A DNA stretch of 64,000 nucleotides from an uncultured Phycisphaerales bacterium (GTDB lineage: Bacteria; Planctomycetota; Phycisphaerae; Tepidisphaerales; Tepidisphaeraceae). The DNA lies in the NCBI GenBank assembly GCA_963844715.1, contig CAWJPJ010000006.1:32001-96000 (forward strand). The letters are read 5' to 3'. Under the pieces are notes generated by a model. It did not search any database, was not told the origin of the DNA, and saw only the letters and a list, made by a program, of their open reading frames with translations. The position numbers and the translations under genes were made by a program. Shown here piece by piece: positions 51,261 to 62,442 of the stretch; within the stretch, counting starts at the first letter, position 1; every line of letters starts with the position of its first letter.

Positions 51261-52451
51261 TTATTCGATCACACTCGCGCCGCCTGTCGCGGCGGTTACC
51301 AACGTCGCGGGTTGGCGGCCGAACTTTTCTGTGTACGTTTTGTGCAGTTGCTCGCAGAGCGATTCTACGCATCTTGGCTGGGCGAGAGCGACGATGCAGC
51401 CGCCGAAGCCGCCGCCGGTCATTCTGGCGCCGTAGACGCCTTTGATTTTGATCGCTTCTTCGACCAGGAAATCGAGTTCGGGGCAGCTTACCTCGTAATC
51501 GTCGCGCAGGGAATTGTGGCTTTGGACCATGAGTTCGCCGGCGGCTTCGTAATACATGCGGCGAAGCTGCTCGACCATGCTTACGGTGCGGGCGTTTTCG
51601 GTGATGACGTGACGGACGCGGCGGAAGTGGGTGTCGCTCATGTGGTCACGGGCGGATTCGAGCTGTTCCATCGTCACGTCGCGCAATGATCTGAGCTTGG
51701 GATGGGTGCGATGGAGGATGATCAGGGCTTCCTCGCATTGTTTGCGGCGCAGGGCGTATTCGCCGCCGCTGAGTTCGTGCTTGACCATGCTGTTGACGAT
51801 GACGACGCGCAGGTCTTTTTCGTGCAGATCGACAAACTGTTTGGCGAGATTTCGGCAATCCAAAAACATGGCGGTGCCCGGGTGTGCGCCGGCGACGATC
51901 ATCTGGTCCATGATTCCGGATGGAACTTGGGCGAATTCGTGCTCGGCGCGCTGGCAGATCAGAGCGAGCCGATCGGCGTCCATGTTCAATCCAGCGAGGA
52001 GGAGCATGGCTTTCCCGACGCCGACTTCCAGGGCGGCGCTGCTGGAGAGGCCGCCTCCGACGCTGAGGGAATTGCTGATGAGGATGTCCATGCCGGAGAG
52101 GGGGATGCCGGCTCCGATCAGTTCGGCGGCGATGCCGCGGACGTAATTGCCCCACTGCGGTTTGGATCGCTCGATTTTCTTCTGGACGGAAAACTCCACG
52201 GCGTCTTTGGGGAAAACCGTCGAGACGACGCGGACCAGGTCGTCGTTGCGGGTGCGGCAGGCGACGACGATCTCGGGCTCGATCGCCATGGGGAAGACGA
52301 AGCCTTCGCTGTAATCGGTGTGCTCGCCGATAAGATTCACGCGGCCGGGGGCGCGGACGAGATGGACGCGGCGGGCTTCCTTTGACGGATCGTCGGGGAA
52401 GGCTTCGGCGAATCGCTTTTTTATGCCTAGATAGTGCTCCGATTGAACCAT
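51261..52451 (-). CDS. galK: Galactokinase
   Basis: APGRVNLIGEHTDY, GGLSSSAALE, GIMDQ, GARMTGGGFGG. Confidence 0.97.
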   Translation of the reverse strand: MVQSEHYLGIKKRFAEAFPDDPSKEARRVHLVRAPGRVNLIGEHTDYSEGFVFPMAIEPEIVVACRTRNDDLVRVVSTVFPKDAVEFSVQKKIERSKPQWGNYVRGIAAELIGAGIPLSGMDILISNSLSVGGGLSSSAALEVGVGKAMLLLAGLNMDADRLALICQRAEHEFAQVPSGIMDQMIVAGAHPGTAMFLDCRNLAKQFVDLHEKDLRVVIVNSMVKHELSGGEYALRRKQCEEALIILHRTHPKLRSLRDVTMEQLESARDHMSDTHFRRVRHVITENARTVSMVEQLRRMYYEAAGELMVQSHNSLRDDYEVSCPELDFLVEEAIKIKGVYGARMTGGGFGGCIVALAQPRCVESLCEQLHKTYTEKFGRQPATLVTAATGGASVIE

Positions 52452-52701
52452 GTTATTTTGGTGGGAGCGACTGTATGGAGGGGGGGTGGGATGGTCAAGG
52501 TAAGAGCAATAATAGTGGATCGATGTTTGAGGGAAGGATTTGGGTCGGGTGTGTCGCTTGTGCCGAGGAAATGCGTGGGCTCGTATGCGAGAGAGCGTTG
52601 CCGATGCGATAGGTGTTGGCTGGCCTGGTGGAGGAGGGGTGAGCCTTCGCGCGAGGGGGCGGCAAATCGGTTCTTATCGGTCTGCTTTCTGGGGTCATCT
52701 A

Positions 52702-53688
52702 ATGCTATACTTAACCATCATGTTTTCGCGTCGTCGGGCGGTTTATTCCATCGCTTCGGTGCTTGTGCTGGCGCTGGGGATTTCTGCGCGGGGGGATCAG
52801 GCGGCTTCGCGGCCTAGCGTGCCGGATTGTTTTATGCGGTTTTTGGATGATGGGCAGGGGGGCGGGTCGCTGCAATCGGCGGAAGTTGTGTTTGTGAATC
52901 CGCAGGGCGTGAAAGTCCATTTGGTCGCAGCGATTCATATTGGAGAGAGGGCATACTACGACGGACTGAACAAGGATTTTCGGCAGGATGACGCGGTTTT
53001 GTATGAGATGGTTATGCCTAAGGACGCCCATCCGCCGGCGCCGGCGGGGAGTGGGGATTCGGATGACGACGCGCGGGAGCAGAACCCGATTTCGGATTTT
53101 CAGCGGTTTCTGAAGGATTCGCTGCAATTGGATTTTCAGCTCGACGACATCGATTACACGGCTCCCAATTTTGTGCATGCCGATCTGGACAGCGAAACCT
53201 TCGAGCGGATGCAGGCGCAGCGCGGGGAATCGTTTGAAACGCTGATGCTTCAGCAGTTGGTCAACGCGCTGAATCGAAAGCCTCAGAACGGGGACAATGC
53301 GGATGCGCAGTCTTTGTCGGACATGGTTCACGTTTTGACGCGGCCGGATATGGAGAGGCAGATCAAGATCGTTCTGGCTCGGCAACTGGGGCAGATGGAT
53401 TCGGCGGCGATGGGGCTGGACGGGCCGCAGGGGTCGGTCATTCTCACCGAGCGGAACAAGGCGGCAATGGCCGCGCTGGCGGATGTACTCACGGATGGGA
53501 AGAGGAATATCGCGATTTTCTTCGGGGCGGCGCATATGCCGGATTTGAGCAAGAGGCTGGAAGCTTAGGGGTTCGCGATCGATTCGGTTCAGTGGCGCAT
53601 GGCCTGGGATTTGAAGATTCGCGCGGATCAGCCATCGGCGGTGGAACTTCTGTTTGACAAAGTATTCGGCCCAGCCGATCAAAAATAG
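52702..53688 (+). CDS. Exported conserved hypothetical protein with in-frame TAG at 53566-53568
   Basis: Signal peptide; HIGERAYY, VLYE, ERN, FGAAHMPD; same frame continues 40 codons past TAG. Confidence 0.75.
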
Positions 53689-53723
53689 TAGAATCCCGCC
53701 CGAGTTAAAATGAATCCAGCCAC

Positions 53724-54346
53724 ATGAACCAACTGCGCGGAAAATTCATCGTTCTGGACGGCGGCGAAGGGTGCGGGAAAAGCACCCAGGCGCAGCTTCT
53801 CAAGGAATCTTTGGAAAACTCCGGCGTGGCCACGCTGCTGGTCCGCGATCCCGGCTCGACGCGCATTGGGGAAATGATTCGCAAAATTCTTCTCGATCCG
53901 GACAATCGCGAAATGTCGATGCGGCTGCGAAATGCTTTTATACATGGCGGCCCGAGCGCAGCTGATGCGGGAATTGATATTGCCGGCTTTGGCTGCAGGG
54001 GAAATGCGTGGTTTGCGACCGGTTCGTTTCCAGCACGCTGGCTTATCAGCTTGGAGGGGACGGTTTGACCGAGGCGGAAATTCGCAGCACGGCGGATTCG
54101 GCGATAGCGGGGCGCTGGCCGGATTTGACGATCATTTTGGATATGCCTGTGGAAAAGAGCGAGGCGAGGCTTCAGCGGGCGAAGGATCGGATTGAGCAAA
54201 GGCCGGCGGAGTATCACCGGAGGGTGAGGGAGAATTATCTGGCGCAGTCGAGGAAAGATTCGGAGAAGGTGAAGTGGGTCGCCGCGGATCGGGATCGAGA
54301 ATCTGTCCACAAGGATATTCTGGCGTTGATCGGCAGTATCGCTTAA
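53724..54346 (+). CDS. tmk: Thymidylate kinase (two frameshifts, ~53930 and ~54005)
   Basis: FIVLDGGEGCGKST, RDPG, LLYMAARAQ, CDRFVSSTLAYQ, PDLTIILD. Confidence 0.93.
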
Positions 54347-54482
54347 ACCCGAAACCAGAAACCCGAATCAAATCCGAATGACTGAATGAGCGAAGGGCCG
54401 GACGGCTGAGGGACATGGACTCTTCATTCGGGTTTTGGGCATTCGGATTTGATTCTGGTTTCTGGTTTCGGAATTTTGGTTT
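54346..54482. repeat. Inverted heptamer (AAACCMG/AATCCGA-type) intergenic repeat
   Basis: AAACCCGAAACCAGAAACCCGAATCAAATCCGAATG vs CATTCGGATTTGATTCTGGTTTCTGGTTTCG. Confidence 0.75.
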
Positions 54483-54487
54483 CCCCT

Positions 54488-55509
54488 ATGGTCTCACTGA
54501 AAAGCATCTTCGGGCAAGACAAGGCGATTGAGGATTTGAAATCGGCTTTTGAATCAGATCGGCTTCCGCATGGTTTGATTTTTGCCGGGCCTTCGGGGGT
54601 GGGGAAGCGGACCACGGCGGAGGGGCTGGCGGCTTTGTTTTTGTGCGAGAAGCCGCGCGGGGGGAGGCTTGCGGGAAGTGTCAGAGTTGCCAGGGGATGC
54701 AAGCCGGGTCGCATCCGGATTTTCATTTTATCACTAAGGAGCTTGCGAGGCTGCATGATAAGTCGGGGACGAGCAAGGCGACGCAGATCGCGATTCAGGT
54801 GATTCGGCAGGAGTTGACGGCGCCGGCGGGGCGGAAGCCTTCGCTGGGGCGGGGGAAGGTGTTTCTCATCGAGGAAGCGGAATTGATGACTGTCGCGGCG
54901 CAGAATGCGCTGCTGAAAACACTTGAGGAGCCGCTGGGGAGGACGCTGGTTGTTTTGCTGACGGTGAGTTCGGCGGCTCTTTTGGCGACGGTGCGTAGCC
55001 GATGCCAGACGATTCGGTTTGGGGGGCTGGATTTGAAATGGATTGCGCGACAGCTTGCGGAGCGCGGGAACGACTCAGCGACGGCGAAAGTCGCGGCGGA
55101 GATGAGCGATGGATCGATCGGGGACGCCATTCGATGGATCGAGGATGCGGCGATCGAGCCGGCGGAGGCGGTCATCGAGCGCGTCGACGCGGTGCTGGCG
55201 GGGAAGAAGGCGGAGGATTTGCCGGAACTTCTGAAGAAGTCGGCCGAGGGGCTGGCGCAGAAGAGGCTGGATCGCGATCCGCTGGCCAGCAAAGACGCGG
55301 CGACGCGCAACGGGTTGGAAGTGTTTTTATCCGTTGTCTCTCGGCGGTTGCGGCGCGATCTTGCCGAGCAGAAGGATTCGGATCGTTTGGAGAAGACTTG
55401 CCGGTGCATCGAAGCCGTTGCTCTGGCGGAAAAATATCTGGATGCGAATGTGAACGTCTCTTTGGTGCTGGAGCAGTTGGGGTTAACTTTGGGCCGCAAG
55501 CCCGCGTAG
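54488..55509 (+). CDS. holB: DNA polymerase III delta' subunit (frameshift ~54660)
   Basis: GPSGVGK, CGKCQSC, HPDF, AQNALLKTLEEP, TVRSRC; follows tmk. Confidence 0.93.
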
Positions 55510-56542
55510 AAGCTCGGCGATTTTGACGTGCGGGCGAGGAAGAGGGTAATTCGATAAGTCGTCCAGCGTGACCCATCGGCGGTTTCCCGGGTCGAGCTTC
55601 CCGTTTAGGCTGGCCACGAAAATATTGAAGACATAGCGGCGATGGGTCAGGGCGTGACGAATCTGGCCAAGGGGTTGTGGGTCCGCAACGGAAATGGAAA
55701 GGGGGTCTTTGGCGGGGATGGTGACAAATTGCCAAAGACCGGCCCATCGCCCGGGGATTGGGCGCTGCTCGATCAGCCAGCGTGAGCCGTCTTGGATGCA
55801 ATACGTTTGCCGGCGGACGATCGGGGTTTTCTTGATTACTCGGGGCACGGGGATTTGATCGACTAAATTCGTTTTGAATGCTTTGCAGAACTTGCGAACG
55901 GGACATTGGCGGCATTTGGGTGCCTTGGGGGTGCAGACAGTGGCGCCCAATTCCATGAGAGCGGAGTTGAAGTCGCCGGTGCGGCTGGTTCGGGAGGATT
56001 TCTTCCGCGCGAATCCAGAGGTGTTGCCGCACTTTGCGCAATCGGGGATCAGATCGCAGGCAATCGAGGCGGCAAAGGACGCGCGAGACGTTGCCGTCGA
56101 GAATTGGGGCGCGGGCGTCAAAGGCAATGGAAGCGATGGCGCCGGCGGTGTATTGCCCGATTCCGGGCAGAGTTTGCAGTTCCGCTACGGTTTGGGGGAT
56201 GGTTCCAGAGAAATCGGTAGTGACTTTTCGAGCGGCCGCCAACAGGTTGCGGGCCCGCGAGTAATACCCCAATCCCTGCCAGAGGCGGAGGACCTCCTGC
56301 TCGTCCGCCGCCGCGAGAGTGGCGACGGCGGGGTATCGTTTCATAAACGCATCATAGTAAGGGATAACTGTAGATACCTGCGTTTGTTGGAGCATGAATT
56401 CGCTGACGAGAATCGCAAAGGGGTCGCGGGTCCGCCGCCAGGGCAAATCGCGGCGGTTTTTGTCGTACCAGGCGAGGAGTTGTTTGCCGAAAGCAGATCG
56501 ATTGAAGCGAGTTGAGATCGGTGAGAGTCGCGCTGAAGTCAT
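55483..56542 (-). CDS. mutY: A/G-specific adenine glycosylase (frameshift ~55990)
   Basis: RDLPWR, SEFMLQQTQV, WQGLGYYSRARNL, LPGIGQYTAGAI, DGNV, MELGATVC..P.C..CP. Confidence 0.95.
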
Positions 56543-56702
56543 GAGCTTGGCCGGCAACTTAGTGCGAGTTTTCACAAAAGCAAAATAATTTTGAAATACC
56601 CGTAACCTATTCTGTCGAGGCGTGATTATAATGTTGTGCGAAGCGGTCAGGAGGATCGCGCGGGGCGGGAGGAAGTGCTGAGGTACTGTCACGGAGGAAC
56701 TC

Positions 56703-56940
56703 ATGACCCGAGCGCCGCACGTGGATGATTTTGTTCGCCTCACCCGGGACATTCCCGAGCTATCGTTAAACTGCGGTGAAGTTGGGGTCGTTCGCAGCAC
56801 GTGGTTCTCGCCATCGGTTGCGTACGAAGTGGAATTTCACCAGATCGGACACGACTATCAGACGCTGCGCTTTGTTGCTGGCGGAGCAGTTGACCGTTGA
56901 AGAAGGTTCGCTGTTCGCCACCGATGGGGCGGCCGTTTGA
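56703..56940 (+). CDS. Small DUF4926-like protein (frameshift ~56870)
   Basis: DFVRLTRDIPELSL..GEVGVV...AYEVEF. Confidence 0.65.
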
Positions 56941-56948
56941 TTTCGGCG

Positions 56949-58221
56949 TCAGTTGTTCTGCGGGTTGGGCGGAATCAAATTGCTTTGGCCGTTTAAATCG
57001 GCAGGGGGCCATCGCTGCACATTTTCCATCCAGGGGGAAGAGTGAAAGAAGTAGGTGTCGTCTCCCTGCGCGGGCGCGACCAGTCCAAGCCAGGTTTGTC
57101 TCCAGCCGCCTTCGAATTCCACGGTTACATTATGAGTTCCCGGCGCGACATGCAGGGGAATGACGTACACCGTGGCGCGGGAGCATTTCCCATTGGCGCA
57201 GATCCGCCTGGCTGGTCGCTTTCAGGAGCAAGCCGCCGGCGATGAGGGCTAGCCCGAGTTCCTGATTCGACTGCCGATTGCTGGTTAATCCCTCGACAGC
57301 GCCGGCGGCGATCAAGCCGGTCCCGGCGATTGACTTGACGGCGCGAATTGTATCGATGCTCTGCCAGCGGCGATCCTGAGCCAGGGCGAGCAAATCGACG
57401 GGCGGGATGGCGAATGATTCCGTATCGTAACTGGCTCCATCGACGATGACGCGCGGGAGATAAATGGGTCCAGCCTCGCGCGGGCGGGGGGCGAAGCCGA
57501 CGAATGCGCCGTCACCGTTGGCGACTTTCCGCGGACCCTGGCCCCATTCGACGATGAGCAAAAGATTGGCGTCGCGATTCATGGTTGGATCGGCCAGATA
57601 CGCCAGGTCGGGGCGCAGATCGCGCACCTTGACGAAGAGGGATTGGGCTTTGTCGTCCTCGCCGAGGCGCTGCCAGGACTTGGCGAGCATGAGATAGCCG
57701 AGGGCGAAATTGCTGTCGACATCGGCGTATTTGTCTTCGTCCGAGCCCTGGTAGTCGCGGAGTTTGAAGAGCGCGTTTTCGAAAGCGGCGCGGGCGTTGT
57801 TGTAGTCGTGGCGCATGTAATAGATCACGCCGAGGTAGAAATTGACCATGGCGCGCTCGAAAGGCTCGCCTTTCCAGACTTTGATGTTTTCGGAGACGAG
57901 CACCGCGCCGAGGGAGCGGCCGCCGTCGTTTACGCCGACGCTGTTGATGACTTCATAGGCGCGAAGGAAAGCGTCTTCCGCGCCGGCGAGGTCGTAGTCG
58001 GCCATATTGGTGGAACCGAGGCGGACGTTGTTGAGGACGAAATCGCCGTTGGTTTTTCTGGCCAGGGGGTCGAGCAGAGCGCGGGCCTGGCCGAAATCTC
58101 CCTCGTAATAGTCGATCACGGCGCTGTTGGCGTGCTGATCATCCGCGGACTCACAGCCGGCGAGGAGGAGGGTCGCCAAAACCACGGCGCAGATCCAGGT
58201 TTTTGCGGTGGGTCGCTTCAA
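56949..58221 (-). CDS. COG3014-like TPR lipoprotein (frameshift ~57175)
   Basis: Lipobox LAGC; WKGEPFERAMVNFY; ADLRQWEMLP. Confidence 0.75.
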
Positions 58222-58796
58222 TCCAAGAATCCTTTCACGGCATTTTTCTTAACTTTATACGATCCGCTCCAAAGTTCGCGGCGATGATCCAGGTCGGTCA
58301 GGCGATAGACGCACAAGTAATAGGCGCTGCGATGCGAGGAATCCTCCTGGGTGAGGGAATCGAAGCGGGCCGTCAGGGCATACTGGGGATTCACGGCATC
58401 CGGGCTGGGGCCGAGGGGGACATTGATTAGTTCGCTTTGGCGGAGGGCGTAAAATTCATCGCGATTCATGATCCACATGAACGAGTCGGGATCGTGCTGC
58501 GAAAGGAGGGCGCGAACATTTGCAGTGTAGGCCTGGGCCTGCCCGGTGGGGAGGATTTCGGCGGTCATGCGGTTTTCGACCGGCTCGCAGACGACGCGGA
58601 GGGGGCCATTCGCTTTGATCTCCGCCTGAACGGCGGGCGAGGCCATGATCGACGCCGCCATTTGGGAAGTCATCGCCTGGAGATCGATGGAATCGAGGGC
58701 GGTATTGTACCCGCTGGACACGGCGGAGCTGCATCCGGCAAGCCAGCCGAACATCAGGGGGCAGAATAGGCTCAGAACTCGCATGGACCGCATCAA
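58218..58796 (-). CDS. LpoB-like lipoprotein
   Basis: Lipobox LAGC; DLQAMTSQMAASI, VENRM, YRLTDL..RELWS...VKK. Confidence 0.65.
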   Translation of the reverse strand: MMRSMRVLSLFCPLMFGWLAGCSSAVSSGYNTALDSIDLQAMTSQMAASIMASPAVQAEIKANGPLRVVCEPVENRMTAEILPTGQAQAYTANVRALLSQHDPDSFMWIMNRDEFYALRQSELINVPLGPSPDAVNPQYALTARFDSLTQEDSSHRSAYYLCVYRLTDLDHRRELWSGSYKVKKNAVKGFLD

Positions 58797-58806
58797 GTGT
58801 CCCCTT

Positions 58807-59401
58807 TTACAACTTTACCGGGCGACTTTCACTTGATACGTGCGCGACCAGACTTGGACGCGTGTGTGGGCGTTCACGATGTTGAACTGAAGGAGATAAA
58901 AGTTTGTGCTGCGGTTGGGCATGTCGATCGCCTTGCCGTAGAGGATGTAATCCGGATTGACGGCTTGGGGCGCGGGGGCGTTGGGGCTGCCGCCCTGGCC
59001 GTAGGGGTCGGAGGCGCCATCCAGTTCTGAAGAGCGCAGATTGTTGAAGGTTGCCTTGTTCTCGATGAGGGCAATGCGCCCTGGGCCTTTTCGCTGATGG
59101 CGCTGCGGAGTGACTCGGTGAAGATGTCATAATTGGTGGCGAACATGTGGTCGATGGTTTCGTCCTGCACGCCGGTGACGACCAGGGTCCATTGCGTTGG
59201 CGACGAGTTGAGTTGCTGGGAGGAGAGAAGGTCGCTGACAAGCTGGTTGGTGCAGGCGATGACATCCTTGCTCTGCAGGCCGCTGTCGTCGGGACTGAGC
59301 TGTGCGGCATCGGGGCGCTGGTCTCCATAGTCGCTGGAACAGCCCCACAGGGGGAGGGCCAATAATCCCAAAGTGATTGCTGCGATGCTGGCGCGGTTCA
59401 T
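58807..59401 (-). CDS. Second LpoB-like lipoprotein (frameshift ~59080)
   Basis: Lipobox LWGC; GLQSKDV; alternative-frame tail FNIVNAHTRVQVWSRTYQVK. Confidence 0.65.
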
Positions 59402-59616
59402 TTCGATATCTCCTTTTTCCTCATCGTCCACGTGGCGGCAATTAGTTTACGTCAAGGTGACCGGGTGACAACCCATGCGCGGGCGGCTTGACACCCCATT
59501 TTTCGCGCTTACGGTTACTAAGGCGTCGGCCATCCATATTTAGACACGCCAATGGCATAAAAGGCAGGCCAACCTTTTAAGCCCGCGGGTGTCTAATCCT
59601 AGGCAGGAGGTGCGCA

Positions 59617-60551
59617 TTGAGACGGGCTATAGTTTGCACAATTGCCGGTGGAATGCTGGCGCTGCTTGGCGCCTGCGAAGATAAGCCAGTGGGTCCGACG
59701 CCGGCGAACGTTCCGGTGCAGGGTCCACCGCCGACGGCGGTTTACCCGGCGGACGTTCCCAAGCCGATGCCGGCGCAGGATACGGAGCCGCCGCCGCCCG
59801 CGTATGACGATCCGCCTTTGGTGGATCAGCAGTTGCCGGAGGAGGCGTGGTTTCTCGGAACGTATAACAAGGTGGGGCGTCCGCGCATCGCGGTGTTTGT
59901 CAATCGGTCGCTGGATGGGAATCTGATTGGGGACACCGGCGAGCCGATCATTACAACCAATACCGAACAAGGAAGCAGCGGCTCCGTGAATGTGCAGCAT
60001 TCCTCGGACAGCGGGTATTACGGGTATTGGTCGAGCAGCCATTCGCAACAGTCCGATCAGTTCTCGACGACCGGGCCGGCGGAATATCACCAGAGCACGA
60101 CCGTCTATCTTCACCCCGGGCAATACGACGACGCTTCGCTGGCGGCTCTTGATTATCAGGAAATGGAATCGCTTCTGTCCGATTGGATAAGCTGCGACGG
60201 GCAGGTGACACTGGTCTCGCCCGGATTCATTCGGTCGCACATGAGCGATCAGGATGTTCAGGCGTTGCAGGACGGGAAATCCTCGGGGCTGGATGCGCTG
60301 AGCAAAAATACCAACGCCGATGTGCTGATTCAGGTGCAGGCGCATCCGGCGCAGCGGCAGGGGGTGGTGGTGCTGCTGGTGGCGGAGGCGATTAACGTGC
60401 GCGGCGGGGAATCATTGGCGCACGCTTCGGTTGAGATGCCCACGCCGGTCGATCGATATGCTTTGAATAATTACACGCGCTTCCTGCGCGAAAAGTGATT
60501 CATGAGATGACCAATACGTGGAACGCCGCCGCGCCGACGACGCAGCCGTGA
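59617..60551 (+). CDS. Lipoprotein, Pro-rich N-terminus, CsgG/TolB-N-like fold suspected (frameshift ~60485)
   Basis: Lipobox LGAC; GRPRIAVFVNR; ADVLIQV...AEAINVRGGESLA. Confidence 0.6.
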
Positions 60552-60574
60552 TTCCGCGAAGGATACCAACGCAC

Positions 60575-60975
60575 ATGAAGATCAAATTGCTTCTGAGTTT
60601 GGCGAGTCTTGGATTGGCTTTGAGTTTTCTGGCGCCTGTACGCAGGATAACTCGCCGACGTACGGGCGGGCGGAGAAATACCAAGTGCAGCATCTTCAGT
60701 TTGCCAACGATGACCTGGCGGGCAACACGCGCGTCGAGCCGGTGCAGGCCATGCGCGATACCTTTGGCTTGCTGCACGTGACGCTCAACATCCGCTCGAC
60801 GACCAACGCCCAGCAATACGTCGATGGATACATCACCTTCACGCGCGAGGGGCAATTCGTTGAAAAATTGGGGCCGAAAACCGTCACGCTCCTGCCCAAT
60901 GCGTTCGATACGATCCTGTTCGACAGCACGCAGCCGGCGGATGATTATTTCATTACGCTGGATTATGCGAAATGA
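60575..60975 (+). CDS. YcfL/DUF1425-like lipoprotein (frameshifted signal region)
   Basis: GLLHVTLNIRS...YVDGYITF..G....KTVTL.P. Confidence 0.6.
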
Positions 60976-61044
60976 AGAATAGTTGCTGGTAAATGCGGTC
61001 GGCGCGTCGGTGGTTTGTTTCTAGCAAGTTACAACTAGCAACTA

Positions 61045-61931
61045 GGGCCTGTCTGATGAATCGCTTTTGGTTATAAATAGCGGTTTTCAGACGAGGTGTC
61101 ACGGATGCGACGTTATGAGCTCACGGATGAGCAGTACGAGTTGATCGGCGATCTGCTGCCCGGCAACGGCAAGCGCGGCGGGCAGTGGAACGACCACCGC
61201 ACCACGCTCAACGGCATGTTCTGGATTCTGCACTCGGGCGCTCAATGGCGCGAGATGCCCGAACGTTACGGCAGATGGCAAAGCGTCTACGACCGCTTCA
61301 ACCGCTGGAGAAAGGACGGAACGATTGATCGAATCCTCCAGCGGCTGCAGATGAGGTTGGACAAGCAAGGACGAATCGACTGGGACCTGTGGTGCATCGA
61401 CGGCACCAATGTGCGAGCCAGTCGATCCGCCGCCGGAGCCAGAAAATCAAAACCGCCCCGGAAGAACCGGCGGATCACGCGTTGGGCCGCAGCCGAGGCG
61501 GGTGGGGCAGCAAGCTCCACCTGGTTACTGACGGCCAGGGAGTTCCGCTCGCCGTCGAGGCCAGCGCCGGCCAATGCCACGAGAGCCGGTACGTGGAGCC
61601 GGTGATGAACGCGATGCGCATCGGTCGCCGCCGTCGTCGCCCCAGGAGGCTGGCGGGCGACAAGGGATACAGTTACGGAAATGTGCGGCGATGGCTGCGT
61701 CGCCACCGAATCCAAGCGGTGATCCCGGCGAAATCGAATCAGCCGCCGCAGGAGAACTTTGATCGCAAGGCGTATCGCCGACGGAACGTGGTGGAGCGTT
61801 GCGTGAATTGGATGAAGGAGAATCGCCGCCTGGGCACGCGTTACGAGAAACTGGCGGTGAACTTTCAGGCCATGGCCAAGCTCGCCATGATCCGTCGCTA
61901 TTTCAGGATTTTGGATTCATCAGACAGGCCC
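61045..61931 (+). mobile_element. IS5-family element, 887 bp, copy 3, intergenic
   Basis: Matches copy 1; inserted at TA within a CTAGCAA heptamer repeat. Confidence 0.96.
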
Positions 61932-61940
61932 TAGCAACTT

Positions 61941-62432
61941 TCAAACTTTTTTCCGTAAGTCTTCCAATAGACCGCCTATCGTCATTTGCAGAACGGGATG
62001 GACCGCTTCCGGTGCGATTTCGGCCAGGGGTTGTAGGACGAAAAGTCGCTCGTGCATGAGGGGGTGGGGGACGACGAGGTCCTGGGTGCTGATGATTTGA
62101 TCGGCCCAGAGGAGAAGATCCAGGTCAATTACCCGGGGCTCCCATTTGCGGCGGCGCTTGCGGCCTAGTTCCTTTTCGATTTTCATCAGGCGGCGTAGAA
62201 AAACGGCGGGCGCGAGGGAAGTTCGCACTTCGGCGACGGCGTTGAGGTAGGGGGGGGAATTGGCGGGGCCACCGACGGCGGGGTTTTCCAGCAGCGACGA
62301 GACGCGGAGGACTTTGACGCTTTCGGTGTCGCGGAGTTTTAAGAGGGCGGCGTGAATGTTGCGGCGACGATCACCCAGATTGGCCCCCAGGCCAATATAA
62401 GCGGTCACCGTCGGCCTCGGCGCCTTCCCCAT
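61941..62432 (-). CDS. folK: 2-amino-4-hydroxy-6-hydroxymethyldihydropteridine diphosphokinase
   Basis: AYIGLGANLGD, YLNAV, KWEPRVIDLDLL, PHPLMHERLFVLQPL. Confidence 0.95.
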   Translation of the reverse strand: MGKAPRPTVTAYIGLGANLGDRRRNIHAALLKLRDTESVKVLRVSSLLENPAVGGPANSPPYLNAVAEVRTSLAPAVFLRRLMKIEKELGRKRRRKWEPRVIDLDLLLWADQIISTQDLVVPHPLMHERLFVLQPLAEIAPEAVHPVLQMTIGGLLEDLRKKV

Positions 62433-62442
62433 GGGCGATAAT

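Noticed and set aside
53566..53568. Pyrrolysine or amber recoding
   Set aside because: Single case; no pyl genes; many genes here end with TAG
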